A stretch of DNA of 64,000 nt from Deltaproteobacteria bacterium. Lineage in GTDB: Bacteria > Myxococcota_A > Polyangia > Fen-1088. Where the stretch lies: positions 96,001-160,000 of the forward strand of contig JANRKS010000016.1 in the NCBI GenBank assembly GCA_033763315.1, given 5' to 3'. Both the position numbers and the translations under genes were made by a program. Within the stretch, counting starts at the first letter, position 1. Every line of letters starts with the position of its first letter. The notes beneath the pieces were generated by a model, which searched no databases, had not been told where the DNA came from, and was given only the letters and a program-made list of their open reading frames with translations. Below, one piece after another: positions 8,902 to 17,549 of the stretch.

Positions 8902-9444
8902 TTGTCGGGAGGTAAGAAAAGCACCCGCTTGGATGTCATTGCGGCGATCCTCGCCGTCAATCTGGCCGGGAGTTGTCACCACGTACGGACGTCGTCTGCT
9001 TCATGTCACGACCGGCAGCGAAATCATGTTGGTGGGAAGGTCGAAGATATGGAGAGCAATACACGTTCAGCATGCATCGACGTGCGCGAGAACGATGACG
9101 TCGGACCCGTCCTCGATGCAATTGACGAACCAAGCCGCGAGCCTCAGACAGAGGTCGAGGTCTGCTGGGAATCACGCTGCGAGTGCATCCTCGCACCCAA
9201 ACGGATAAAGGAGGACGCAGCACAAAAAGTCTTCAGTGTCGTTCGCAGCAGGACCAAAGATAGAGTTGTAGTGATCCTTGGCCGATTCGGATTGAGAGAA
9301 GGACGACCTTGTCCACTTGGTGAACTAGATGTCTTGACGGTGACGCCCGACGGAACCAAGGGGTTCACCTACACCTTGGTAAAGAGCGATGGCGAATGGA
9401 AGCTCCATTCCATAGATGCGTTGTTCGCGAAAACAGACGGCTAA
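8902..9444 (+). CDS. Cassette hypothetical protein, possible lipoprotein (start uncertain)
   Basis: Fills the cassette; stop inside GGCTAAC; hydrophobic stretch followed by LAGSC. Confidence 0.65.
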   Translation: MSGGKKSTRLDVIAAILAVNLAGSCHHVRTSSASCHDRQRNHVGGKVEDMESNTRSACIDVRENDDVGPVLDAIDEPSREPQTEVEVCWESRCECILAPKRIKEDAAQKVFSVVRSRTKDRVVVILGRFGLREGRPCPLGELDVLTVTPDGTKGFTYTLVKSDGEWKLHSIDALFAKTDG

Positions 9445-9572
9445 CCCAGGCTTGAAGCTGCCGAAGCCCACTGCCTCGGTGGAGAACCTGAACGCACGGA
9501 GGCTCTTGAGGCGCTGAGGGGGTTGTGAGACTCTTGCGAAGGGCTTCGCAGCTTAAGCCGAGCACGTTATGC
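9439..9572 (+). repeat. attC site 7 (divergent interior)
   Basis: GGCTAAC-ccagg-CTTGAAGCTGCCGAAGCCC ... GGGCTTCGCAGCTTAAG-ccgagcac-GTTATGC. Confidence 0.85.
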
Positions 9573-9597
9573 GTACAGTGCGTGTTTCGTTCGAAGG

Positions 9598-9628
9598 TTG
9601 CTAGCTGTGTATATTGAGGTAATATACA
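9598..9628 (+). promoter_or_regulatory. TA promoter with overlapping inverted-repeat operator
   Basis: TTGCTA-16 bp-TAATAT; perfect 8-bp IR TGTATATT(9608-9615)-gaggt-AATATACA(9621-9628); GTG start at 9632 suggests a leaderless transcript. Confidence 0.6.
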
Positions 9629-9631
9629 GCA

Positions 9632-9949
9632 GTGGCGAGGTTTCCGGATGAGCTTACGGCGTGTACAGGATTTGAATGGGATGAGGGCAATGCGGACAAG
9701 AATTGGGAGTTGCACCAGGTCTCGCGCGGCGAGGCCGAGGATGCGTTCTTCAATCGGCCCTTTGTCATCGCTCCCGATTTCCGACACTCCAACAAGGAGC
9801 CTCGGTACGCGGCATTGGGGTTCACTTCTGCTGGTCGCAAGCTGACGGTTATCTTCACCGTGCGACGAACGCTGATCCGGATCATTTCGGTGCGAGACAT
9901 GAGCAGACAAGAAAGGAGGGTCTATGACCAAGCGAGCAGCAAAAAGTAA
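9632..9949 (+). CDS. brnT: BrnT-family toxin (DUF497)
   Basis: GFEWDEGNADKNWELH, EPRYAALG, IRIISVRDMSRQERRVY. Confidence 0.9.
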   Translation: MARFPDELTACTGFEWDEGNADKNWELHQVSRGEAEDAFFNRPFVIAPDFRHSNKEPRYAALGFTSAGRKLTVIFTVRRTLIRIISVRDMSRQERRVYDQASSKK

Positions 9950-10220
9950 GAGACCGATCCCAATCTTCGCGAACGAAGATGACGAACGACAGTTTTGGTC
10001 AAAAAATGATGCGAGCGCCTTCTTTGATTGGGAACACTCAGTTCAAGTTGCGATGCCGGACCTGAAACCCACCACGGCATCGATTTCCTTACGCCTGCCT
10101 GTTTCCATGCTTGAAGAACTCAAGGCATTGGCCAACAAACGCGACGTACCATATCAATCGTTGATGAAGGTGTATCTGTCTCAGCAGATCATGCGCGAGC
10201 GGAACAAGAAGGCATCATGA
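9924..10220 (+). CDS. BrnA/CopG-type RHH antitoxin
   Basis: IPIFANEDDERQFW..D, ISLRLP..LK.LA..RDVPYQSLMK; overlaps the toxin gene. Confidence 0.88.
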   Translation: MTKRAAKSKRPIPIFANEDDERQFWSKNDASAFFDWEHSVQVAMPDLKPTTASISLRLPVSMLEELKALANKRDVPYQSLMKVYLSQQIMRERNKKAS

Positions 10221-10221
10221 C

Positions 10222-10336
10222 GCATAACAAGGCGTTCAAGGCTGACAGTGCCGCGAGCATCACTTTGAACCTAGGCATGGTAGTGGGATGCGGGCGACAA
10301 TGCGGTTTTGGTGCCGCACTGGGCTTCGCAAGTTAA
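10222..10336 (+). repeat. attC site 8, right end deleted
   Basis: GCATAAC-aaggc-GTTCAAGG ... ctttgaacctaggcatgg ... gcgacaatgcgg ... GGGCTTCGCAAGTTAA, then runs straight into coding sequence. Confidence 0.8.
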
Positions 10337-10447
10337 GGTTACCGCGCCATTCGGCTCAGTGATGCATACAGGGCCATTTACATCGAGCGAAGCGACGGGG
10401 CGGTCGAGGCCGTCTACGTTGAAGAGGTGAACAAGCATGACTACTAA
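10337..10447 (+). pseudogene. C-terminal remnant of a HigB/RelE-type toxin
   Basis: Reads GYRAIRLSDAYRAIYIERSDGAVEAVYVEEVNKHDY*, has no start codon and overlaps the HTH antitoxin start. Confidence 0.75.
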
Positions 10448-10763
10448 GCGGGCAAAGCGAGCTCAAGGGAACGCGTCAGGATACCTCGTGAAGCTTATGA
10501 AAGGGCCGCTGACTCTTGGCGACGCGCTGTCCGCCATCCGCGAGGCCGAAGAAATGAGCCTCTCCGAGTTCGCAGCGGAGCTTGGCGTGTCGCGTTCCCA
10601 TCTTTGTGACATCGAACAGGGTCGCAGAGCTGTCAGTCCAGAGCGCGCCGCCCGGTTAGCTCAGGCACTCAAACAGCATGAAGCTCAGTTCGTGCGCCTT
10701 GCTTTGCAGGACCAAGTGCGTGCGGCGGGCTTGAACTTGAAGGTGGATGTCCACGCCGCATGA
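10437..10763 (+). CDS. HigA-type XRE HTH antitoxin
   Basis: LTLGDAL.AIR...MS..EFA..LGVSRSHLCDIEQGRRAVSPERAARLA..L..FVRLALQD. Confidence 0.85.
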   Translation: MTTKRAKRAQGNASGYLVKLMKGPLTLGDALSAIREAEEMSLSEFAAELGVSRSHLCDIEQGRRAVSPERAARLAQALKQHEAQFVRLALQDQVRAAGLNLKVDVHAA

Positions 10764-10783
10764 CCGTCTGAGGAGGTGCGTCC

Positions 10784-10918
10784 GCCGAACCCGGCGTTGC
10801 ACCCGCCAAACCCGCGCGAGTCAAGGCAAAACCTAGACACGCCAGCGGCCGGTATGCACCATAGGGGATGTGGACTCCACCGATATGGCTTTGCATGTGA
10901 ACGCCACACACGTTAGCC
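10784..10918 (+). repeat. attC site 9
   Basis: GCCGAAC-ccggc-GTTGCACC ... aaacctagacacg ... TGTGAAC-gccacacac-GTTAGCC. Confidence 0.8.
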
Positions 10919-10929
10919 AGTCATAACAC

Positions 10930-11223
10930 ATGAAACCGGCACCGCTACAGATAGGAGGGGCCAGGGTAGTGGCATACACAGCCATCGACCATCGGCATCG
11001 TGCCACTGGACGTACGAAACAGATCGTCGACGGCGTGCAGGTCGGCCCAGCCGCAGGTCTTGCGATCTGCCAATACGAGAACGACGTGGCCTTCTACCTA
11101 TTCGGGTGCGACGTCAATTGGAAGAGCGTTACCGACACCTGGCATCAAAGTATCGGCGATGCGAGGGACCAAGCTGAGTTCGAGTATGCAGGATCCTCTC
11201 AGACATGGGTTGATGTCGGCTAA
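10930..11223 (+). CDS. Cassette hypothetical protein (97 aa)
   Basis: Fills the cassette; stop in GGCTAAC; GLAICQY..FYLFGCD..W..VTDTWH..A..QAEFEY. Confidence 0.8.
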   Translation: MKPAPLQIGGARVVAYTAIDHRHRATGRTKQIVDGVQVGPAAGLAICQYENDVAFYLFGCDVNWKSVTDTWHQSIGDARDQAEFEYAGSSQTWVDVG

Positions 11224-11229
11224 CTCATT

Positions 11230-11554
11230 GTGGGGTGTCTTGATCGCTGGCGACTGTCCCGTGTGTCCGGTTTGGCGCCGCTGTTGCAGTCGCGTCGGTG
11301 CAGACTGGTAAACTGTTCTTCGCTTGTCCTGCTTGTGGGTGCGCCTGGATAAACCGCCGGACGGTTCTATCGATTCGGTGGACCCACCCTTTCGCTTTGC
11401 ACCTGCAGGCTTTCGGCTTGCAGTGCCCGGAGATTTCGAGCGCGCGAACCTGCTATTGCTGATTGTGCGCACTGAGCCCTTTGGCGGAATCCATGATGAT
11501 TTTGAAAGAGTTGACGGCTTCGACCGCGGCGGCCGCTGTATGTTGACCTCCTAA
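11230..11554 (+). pseudogene. Frameshifted cassette gene fragment (CPVC..CPACG) fused to a truncated attC
   Basis: attC stops after GGCTAACTCAT; joining frames gives CPVCP..LFFACPACGCAW..DSVDPP. Confidence 0.45.
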
Positions 11555-11675
11555 GCCGACAAACAAAGCCCGCAGACGCCTCCGCAAACCTAGACAGTCA
11601 AGATCTGTACAGGCACCATAGGTGTCGTGGACGTTCGCAATATGCGCTTTGCAGGTTAACGCCAGCACGTTATCC
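11550..11675 (+). repeat. attC site, degenerate left arm
   Basis: aaacctagac core; right arm GCTTTGCAGGTTAAC-gccagcac-GTTATCC. Confidence 0.7.
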
Positions 11676-11684
11676 AGACTGAAC

Positions 11685-12338
11685 ATGAAGTCACTTTCTG
11701 ATGGTCTAGAAGACGACGTTCCGAGCCCGATCGACTTGCGGGATCCGTCGGACGCCAACGCTTGGGTTGCCGCGTCTGATCGCACGCGTCCATGGCGGGC
11801 TGAGGTTCGGATGGCGATCGCGGAGCTGTTGCGCGGCACCAATCCGGCGCCGCGCCGCGTGCTGGAGCTCGGCTCTGGGCCCGGCCTGCTGGCAGACGCG
11901 ATTTTGAAAGTCTGCGACTTGGATAACTACACGCTATTCGATTTCTCGCTTCCGATGCTCGACATGAGTCGGAAGAAGCTTGCTAGTCACCCATCGGCCG
12001 AGTTCGTTTGTGGTGATTTCAAGCATAAGGATTGGACCGCATCGCTCGTTCCCTCTTTTGACGTTGTTGTTGCGATGCAGGCTGTCCACGAAATCCGCCA
12101 CAAGCGTCACGTGCCTGAACTGTACCGACAAAGCTGTAGTGTTCTGCGACCAGGTGGTTTGCTGGTGGTGTGCGATCACACGCCGCCGGCGCCGAACAGT
12201 CCTTTGGCTAGGCTACACTCTACCGAAGACGAGCAACTTGCCGCGTTTGCCGCCGCTGGTTTCGTGGACGTCAGAACGCATCTCAATTTAAAAGGGTTGT
12301 ATGTTTGTACGGGGCTAAGGCCATACGACGCTGGCTAA
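11685..12338 (+). CDS. Class I SAM-dependent methyltransferase cassette
   Basis: VLELGSGPG, LFDFS..ML, FDVVVAMQAVH, LRPGG; stop in GGCTAAC. Confidence 0.9.
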   Translation: MKSLSDGLEDDVPSPIDLRDPSDANAWVAASDRTRPWRAEVRMAIAELLRGTNPAPRRVLELGSGPGLLADAILKVCDLDNYTLFDFSLPMLDMSRKKLASHPSAEFVCGDFKHKDWTASLVPSFDVVVAMQAVHEIRHKRHVPELYRQSCSVLRPGGLLVVCDHTPPAPNSPLARLHSTEDEQLAAFAAAGFVDVRTHLNLKGLYVCTGLRPYDAG

Positions 12339-12455
12339 CCATACTTTGCCAATGACAAAGTATGGAGGTCTTGAAGCTAGACATGGCAGCATGATGCCGG
12401 CACCATCTGGTTATGGCGGTCAGTGAGCTTTGCAGCTGAACGTCACAAGTTAGCC
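12333..12455 (+). repeat. attC site
   Basis: GGCTAAC ... ttgaagctagacatggcagc ... GCTTTGCAGCTGAAC-gtcacaa-GTTAGCC. Confidence 0.85.
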
Positions 12456-12468
12456 AAACTGGCCACAT

Positions 12469-12551
12469 ATGAGGTTTCGAATACCCTTACTCGCCGCCGC
12501 CTGTGCTGTTGTTCGGGCTGTATGCCACCGTCATGGGGCGCGGGAGCTCTG
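12469..12551 (+). pseudogene. 5' stub of a second copy of the alpha/beta hydrolase cassette
   Basis: Near-identical to 16651-16735 (ctcgccgccgcctgtgctgttgtt..gggctgtatgccaccgtcatggggcgcggg). Confidence 0.8.
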
Positions 12552-12578
12552 GACAGCACGGGCAGGCTGGTATCTCTG

Positions 12579-14114
12579 CTACGGCGTTGCCCGCCCGTAA
12601 AGGCTGGGCAAGAGACGTACGGCCTCGATCTGTCCGTGCAAAAGCGGGTCTTGGAACACGCACCGTGCCTCATCGAGCTGAGGGCACAGGGGTGGCACGA
12701 TGACGTCTCGCAACTCGCTGATGAGCTCGTTCGTCATTGGCCGGCCTGCGCCTTGCGTATGTCGAGCATGAATAAAACGCGAGAGCAGCAAGGGAGTAAT
12801 CCAGGACGTGGTGGTCTGAGTGATCGGAAAAATGTCGACCCCGTATTCATCCACTTGGAGCAGTGGGGTGTCGTTGTATGGAAATGGTCTTTGCGCCAGC
12901 ACGCCGCTGTTTAGATAAACGTCCACGTTTGATCGTGCAGGCCACGCTGAATCGACTGGGAAAGTGCCCCGTCCCGAAGGGTCGAGCCCGGAGGCCAAAG
13001 CCGTAAAGTAGCCGGCGCGCATTCGATTTGAGTACTGCGGCGCTGGCCAATCATAGGGAAAGGATTCTCTGTCGCTGGCATTGATCGCAGCATTCGCCGC
13101 AAAGACGCCTGGCGTACCGAAGAGGCTTGTCATGATGGGTTCGTACGCTCCCAGCCGTGCGTCCAGGACGTCGGTCCCCGCCAAAGGGACACTGCAGTGC
13201 CGCTGCCAATCCGATTGCACGCTCGCCCTCGTCTGCCCCGCGCTGAAGTTTACGAAGTGCACTCCTAGTTCCTTCATCACGCGGCGAAGATCGTCCGCCA
13301 CCCGCCGGGCAAGCGTGCGCAGGCGAACCGTTGCCTCGGGATCGCCAGAGGCGCAGAAGTCGGTTGGGGCAAGCTTCGCTAGACTGATCTGATCCACCAA
13401 CACCAGCCCGTGGTGAGGGTTCGCTTCGACCAACATCGAAAGCACCTGGCTGCCATGTCCTGTGGCGTCCGCCCCGTGCCGTCCAAAGGCGTTGACGATC
13501 GGCTCGCGTAACGAACCTAGGCTCTTCGCTGAAATAAACTGGGCCGTAGCGAAGCGGGTAAGAACCTCGTGCAAGGCAACGGGAACCCGCCACACCGCCC
13601 GCACAGCCTCAAAACGTCCTGACGGCGAGGCACGCAGGAATGCCTTGATCCGATTCTGGTAGCGAATGGCAAACGTCGGCAGAGTGGAAAAGTCGTCGAC
13701 CACGAGGATGGCCTCGCGGGTGTCTTGAGCAATGGAGAAGCGCGTCGGGGAATACTCGAAGTCGCCCCAGTCACACATCGAAACATCGGCACGGCGAAAG
13801 CACGTCTCTGCGCTAAGACGTTCAATGGCTCCAGCAATCGCCGTACCAAGCGAATCGGGCGGGGGCCCTCCGTCTGCGTTCGCGTCGACTCCCGAGCCAT
13901 CAGGCAGCCACAGCCTTCCGTCGATCTCTTCGCCTCCGTCAGCGCGGTTCAGCGCATCGAGCGCCGCGTCTACGACACCGGGCCCGGTCTGATCGTCGCA
14001 AGCACAGACGCCGATTGCCGCCGCAAAGCCGAAGCTCAGAAGCCATTTGGTAGCTGGGACAAGCTTGGCCGTTTGCGAAGGGGCTGTTTTTCGCTGCTGG
14101 TAAATGTGGCCCAT
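12579..14114 (-). CDS. Exported or lipoprotein hypothetical, divergent subtilase-like
   Basis: Signal ending GVCAC; ordered motifs ILVVDD, GHGSQV, FVNFSAG, TTSWITP. Confidence 0.6.
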   Translation of the reverse strand: MGHIYQQRKTAPSQTAKLVPATKWLLSFGFAAAIGVCACDDQTGPGVVDAALDALNRADGGEEIDGRLWLPDGSGVDANADGGPPPDSLGTAIAGAIERLSAETCFRRADVSMCDWGDFEYSPTRFSIAQDTREAILVVDDFSTLPTFAIRYQNRIKAFLRASPSGRFEAVRAVWRVPVALHEVLTRFATAQFISAKSLGSLREPIVNAFGRHGADATGHGSQVLSMLVEANPHHGLVLVDQISLAKLAPTDFCASGDPEATVRLRTLARRVADDLRRVMKELGVHFVNFSAGQTRASVQSDWQRHCSVPLAGTDVLDARLGAYEPIMTSLFGTPGVFAANAAINASDRESFPYDWPAPQYSNRMRAGYFTALASGLDPSGRGTFPVDSAWPARSNVDVYLNSGVLAQRPFPYNDTPLLQVDEYGVDIFPITQTTTSWITPLLLSRFIHARHTQGAGRPMTNELISELRDVIVPPLCPQLDEARCVFQDPLLHGQIEAVRLLPSLYGRATP

Positions 14115-14466
14115 CGTTTCCCCTGCTTAAGTTTGTTATTCGATGAATATAGTGGCCATCACACGCACCGGGAGTCACTCGCGTCGTTTCCGTAGCCCAA
14201 GGGGGTGCGCGCAGATTGCAGCGACGGTTGTCGGTTCACGAGTGCGGGCAGCGAGGCTCTCCAAATTCGGCGATGGCAGTTGCTACAACCGCGGTTGTTC
14301 CATGTGCTCGCGAATTTCCGAGGCTGCGAACCCGTTGTGTCCCTTCCGCGATGGCGGCGCTGATCGTTTCTGCATGTTCATGCAAGCCAAGATTTCGGGT
14401 ATTCTTGCGTAACCCACGCCTCAAGGTTGAGCCGGTCCTTCCATTGTGACTAGCCGGACTGATACG

Positions 14467-14820
14467 ATGACAAATCCTATGGCCCAAAGCTGGTTGGATG
14501 CTGCGGAGGACCTCGGTATTCGCGTTGTGCACCCCTTTCGGTTCACCACCGCGTCGGCTGTCGCGGCAGAGACAGTCGGTGTCTTCTTACCTGACTTCGG
14601 ATCTGAAGATGGCATGCTTCTAACGTGCCGCTTCGATCCCGACGAAATGTCCGAACTCGTTGACGACACCCCCTATCGCACTTCAGGTCTCAGTCCTCGC
14701 TACTACGAACCTTACTCGCGCACTCGGTTCATACAGACACTTTCCGATTGGGGGTGGTTCGGGCCCGAAGGCCAACGGCCGCATTGGTACGATCCAGATT
14801 GGCGCAACAGATCAGGTTAG
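14467..14820 (+). CDS. Cassette hypothetical protein (117 aa)
   Basis: W..AA.DLGIRV..PF..LPDFGS..G..F...L.DWGWFG..P.W; followed by an attC. Confidence 0.75.
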   Translation: MTNPMAQSWLDAAEDLGIRVVHPFRFTTASAVAAETVGVFLPDFGSEDGMLLTCRFDPDEMSELVDDTPYRTSGLSPRYYEPYSRTRFIQTLSDWGWFGPEGQRPHWYDPDWRNRSG

Positions 14821-14842
14821 AGCGAGATGCCGCTTTGACGCT

Positions 14843-14978
14843 GACGAACTGATCATTCTGATCATTGCAGCTGACAATGCATGGAGGTCACTTTGAACAT
14901 AGACACGGGGGTGGTATGCGGGCGACAATCTGACCTTAAGGCTTGCTGGGCTTTGCGGCTGAATTTTTCATGTTGGGC
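14843..14978 (+). repeat. attC site, degenerate
   Basis: TTGCAGCTGAC ... ctttgaacatagacacg ... gggcgacaat ... GCTGAAT-ttttcat-GTTGGGC. Confidence 0.75.
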
Positions 14979-15055
14979 AGACAATCGAGATGCTCGAAAC
15001 AGTCGATCAGATTGAGTCGTCGCGACTTCAGAAGCCGGTGGACGTATTACACGGT

Positions 15056-15144
15056 GACATGGCAGTGATGTGCAAGCGACAATGCGGTCTTGGTGCCTTA
15101 GGCGTGCACCTCTGGGCACTGTAGCTGAACTTCACACGTTAGCC
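15056..15144 (+). repeat. attC site, left arm deleted
   Basis: gacatggcag..gcgacaatgcggtcttggtgcc ... GCTGAAC-ttcacac-GTTAGCC, preceded by a ~65-bp gene stub from ATG 14990. Confidence 0.78.
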
Positions 15145-15160
15145 GGACTCGAGGATCATT

Positions 15161-15682
15161 GTGGTGACGGAAAACCGCGTCAGTTCGCGATCTCAAGCGG
15201 GCTCCGAACCGCCGGAGTGTGCAGCCGCTTTCCTGTTAGCGATCCCTGCTCAGGTGCTGGCGTTGTCGTTGGTGTGGCTTTACATGAGTCATCCACACCG
15301 CGCTTCTGTGGTGCTTCCTCGCTGGTGGGGTCTCTGTCCGTACACCCCAGTGTTCGTCCTACCCTTCTGGTCGGCGGTGTACCGGTACAAGCTAAATCGC
15401 TGGCCGCTGATCAGTCCCCTCTTACGCCGTATTGGAGTGGTACTTCTCATCATCGTCCCCTACCTGGGCGTGCTGAGTACTCCGCGAGGGCGGCGGCCCG
15501 CGCCCGAAGTATGGCTGATCTGCATCCCCGTCGCTGCGAATCTCGCCGCGCTTGCTGTCCTTGACGGCGCTGGCCGAACAAACTTCCGCCGGTCCATGAG
15601 ATATCTGTTCTATTTTTTGGGAGGTTTTCTGTTCGCAGCGTTGGTGGGGGAATGTGCCGGAGTGGGTGCCGCCCTGGGCTGA
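15161..15682 (+). CDS. Cassette membrane protein
   Basis: About 5 hydrophobic segments; followed by the truncated attC GGCTAACTCATCGTT at 15711. Confidence 0.65.
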   Translation: MVTENRVSSRSQAGSEPPECAAAFLLAIPAQVLALSLVWLYMSHPHRASVVLPRWWGLCPYTPVFVLPFWSAVYRYKLNRWPLISPLLRRIGVVLLIIVPYLGVLSTPRGRRPAPEVWLICIPVAANLAALAVLDGAGRTNFRRSMRYLFYFLGGFLFAALVGECAGVGAALG

Positions 15683-15840
15683 CGGCTATCTCGAAACGAC
15701 TGGCCGTGCCGGCTAACTCATCGTTTGGGGGAACCAATGTACTTTCCTGATCTTGGAACAAAGACGCAGATTTACCTATGTGAGCAAGTGGGGGCAATCG
15801 GTGTTCGCCTCTGAACCACGAGTGACCTCGGACACAAACG

Positions 15841-16413
15841 ATGACGGCTGAGAAGACACATACCGGGTGGGCAATGCCGCGGCTAGAAGGGGAACGCTGC
15901 GTGCTCCGACCACTCACGTTTGATGACGCTTCGTCTGTCATCCAAATCTTGGGTGATGACGACGCTCTTCGTTATTGGGCGGGTGAGCTTGTGACCACGA
16001 CAGCCGCAGCAACGCAGTTTATCGAGAGTGTTCTCGAAGCGTGCCAACAACATCGTTTCATGCAGTGGGCGGTCGAGACGCCCGCGGCGGCGATGGCCAT
16101 AGGGCTATGCAAGATCTACGATCTGAAGGCATCGCACAAGGTGGCTGCCATCGGCTTTACTTTGCGACGCGCTGACTGGGGACATGGCATCATGTCAGAC
16201 GCACTAAACGCCCTCCTTCGCTTCGCCTTCGAGCAGCTGCACCTGCGAAGAGTGGAAGCGTTTACCCATCCTGATAATGACCGCGCTCTGCGTCTTCTCT
16301 CCCGCCAGGGGTTTGTGGTTGAGGGACGGTTACGCGAGAAATACATGGGGCGCGGGGGAGCTCAGGACGCATTGGCGCTTGCACTACTGAAGTCGGATTG
16401 GGCAGCAAGATAA
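15841..16413 (+). CDS. GNAT N-acetyltransferase (RimJ/RimL type)
   Basis: LRPLT..DA, IGFTL...WGHGIMSDAL, HPDNDRALRLL...GF..EG.LR. Confidence 0.9.
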   Translation: MTAEKTHTGWAMPRLEGERCVLRPLTFDDASSVIQILGDDDALRYWAGELVTTTAAATQFIESVLEACQQHRFMQWAVETPAAAMAIGLCKIYDLKASHKVAAIGFTLRRADWGHGIMSDALNALLRFAFEQLHLRRVEAFTHPDNDRALRLLSRQGFVVEGRLREKYMGRGGAQDALALALLKSDWAAR

Positions 16414-16444
16414 ATCTGCCGCGGCAGTTCACAAGCCATTGGCG

Positions 16445-16579
16445 CCGCCCATGCAGGCTTGCAGCTGCCAAAGCCGGGAGCGCTTTCGAAAAATCAGATG
16501 CACCTGTGGTACTTGAAGCGCCAAAGCGGTTGTGCAACCCTGCCGAAGGGCGTTGCAGATGAGGCCGCACACGTTGGAC
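16445..16579 (+). repeat. attC site, degenerate
   Basis: GCTTGCAGCTGCCAAAGC ... GTTGCAGATGAG-gccgcacac-GTTGGAC. Confidence 0.6.
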
Positions 16580-16650
16580 GGATTAACAGATGCACGAGAT
16601 TCAGGCGCTGATCGGTCTGAACTTTGCGCGTTGTCCCGACAGGCCACCAC

Positions 16651-17496
16651 ATGAGGCTTCAATTACTCTTGCTCGCCGCCGCCTGTGCTGTTGTTACGGG
16701 CTGTATGCCACCGTCATGGGGCGCGGGGGCTCTTCTGCACCCTTCTCGCAGTCAGGTTCACAAGCGGCCGATACGAGCTGTGGAAGAAGTCGATATTCAG
16801 GGTCAGGGAGTGAAACTGCGGGCTTGGTGGTTCCGCGCGGAGGGAGAGCGCCGGGGGACAGTCATCTACCTGCATGGAGTGGCAGACAACCGCGGGTCGA
16901 GCATTTCAATTGCGGATCGGTTCGTTCCCCAAGGCTTCGATGTCCTTGCGTACGATAGCCGCGCGCATGGCGAATCAACCGGCGACGCCTGCACCTACGG
17001 TTTCTATGAAAAACGCGACCTCATGCATGTTCTCAACAAGGTGGACGCGAGACCCATCATCGTTATCGGAACGTCCTTAGGTGCAGCGGTTGCGATACAA
17101 GCGGCCGCCGATGATGACAGGATTGATCTGGTCGTCGCTGTTGCAACCTTCTCCGATCTTAGGACTGTGGCCAATGAACGGGCTCCCTTTTTTGCGAGTA
17201 AGGCAAACATAGATGAAGCCCTCAGAATTGCGGAACAACGCGGATCCTTCAAAGTGAACGAGGTCAGTCCGGTCTTGGCCGCGGGCAAAGTGGGCGTGCC
17301 GGTGCTCGTGATTCATGGCGAGAAGGACCACGAAACGCCACCCGTTCACTCACGCCGAGTACACGCCGCACTCCGATCGCCTAAACGCCTGATTGTCGTC
17401 CCAAACGCCGGACACAATGATTGCCTCACGTCTGAGGTATGGATCGAGATCGAGAAGTGGCTTGCGGCCGCGCTGCAGGGCAAGCGGGCGGGCTAA
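16651..17496 (+). CDS. Alpha/beta hydrolase lipoprotein cassette
   Basis: VTGC lipobox, YLHG, DSRAHGES, GTSLG nucleophile, IHGEKD, AGHN. Confidence 0.9.
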   Translation: MRLQLLLLAAACAVVTGCMPPSWGAGALLHPSRSQVHKRPIRAVEEVDIQGQGVKLRAWWFRAEGERRGTVIYLHGVADNRGSSISIADRFVPQGFDVLAYDSRAHGESTGDACTYGFYEKRDLMHVLNKVDARPIIVIGTSLGAAVAIQAAADDDRIDLVVAVATFSDLRTVANERAPFFASKANIDEALRIAEQRGSFKVNEVSPVLAAGKVGVPVLVIHGEKDHETPPVHSRRVHAALRSPKRLIVVPNAGHNDCLTSEVWIEIEKWLAAALQGKRAG

Positions 17497-17510
17497 ACCG
17501 TAACCGTCCG

Positions 17511-17536
17511 AGCTGCGACCGACGCAGCTTTTGTTT
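17511..17536 (+). terminator. Hairpin plus T-tract (terminator or collapsed attC)
   Basis: AGCTGCG-accga-CGCAGCT-TTTGTTT after the hydrolase stop. Confidence 0.4.
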
Positions 17537-17549
17537 ATCGGGAAGAAAC

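Noticed and set aside
1732-16579. Recurring repeats read as a CRISPR array or REP/BIME elements
   Set aside because: Repeats are ~130 bp, degenerate and separated by gene-sized units with GTTRRRY cores; no cas genes. They fit attC sites.
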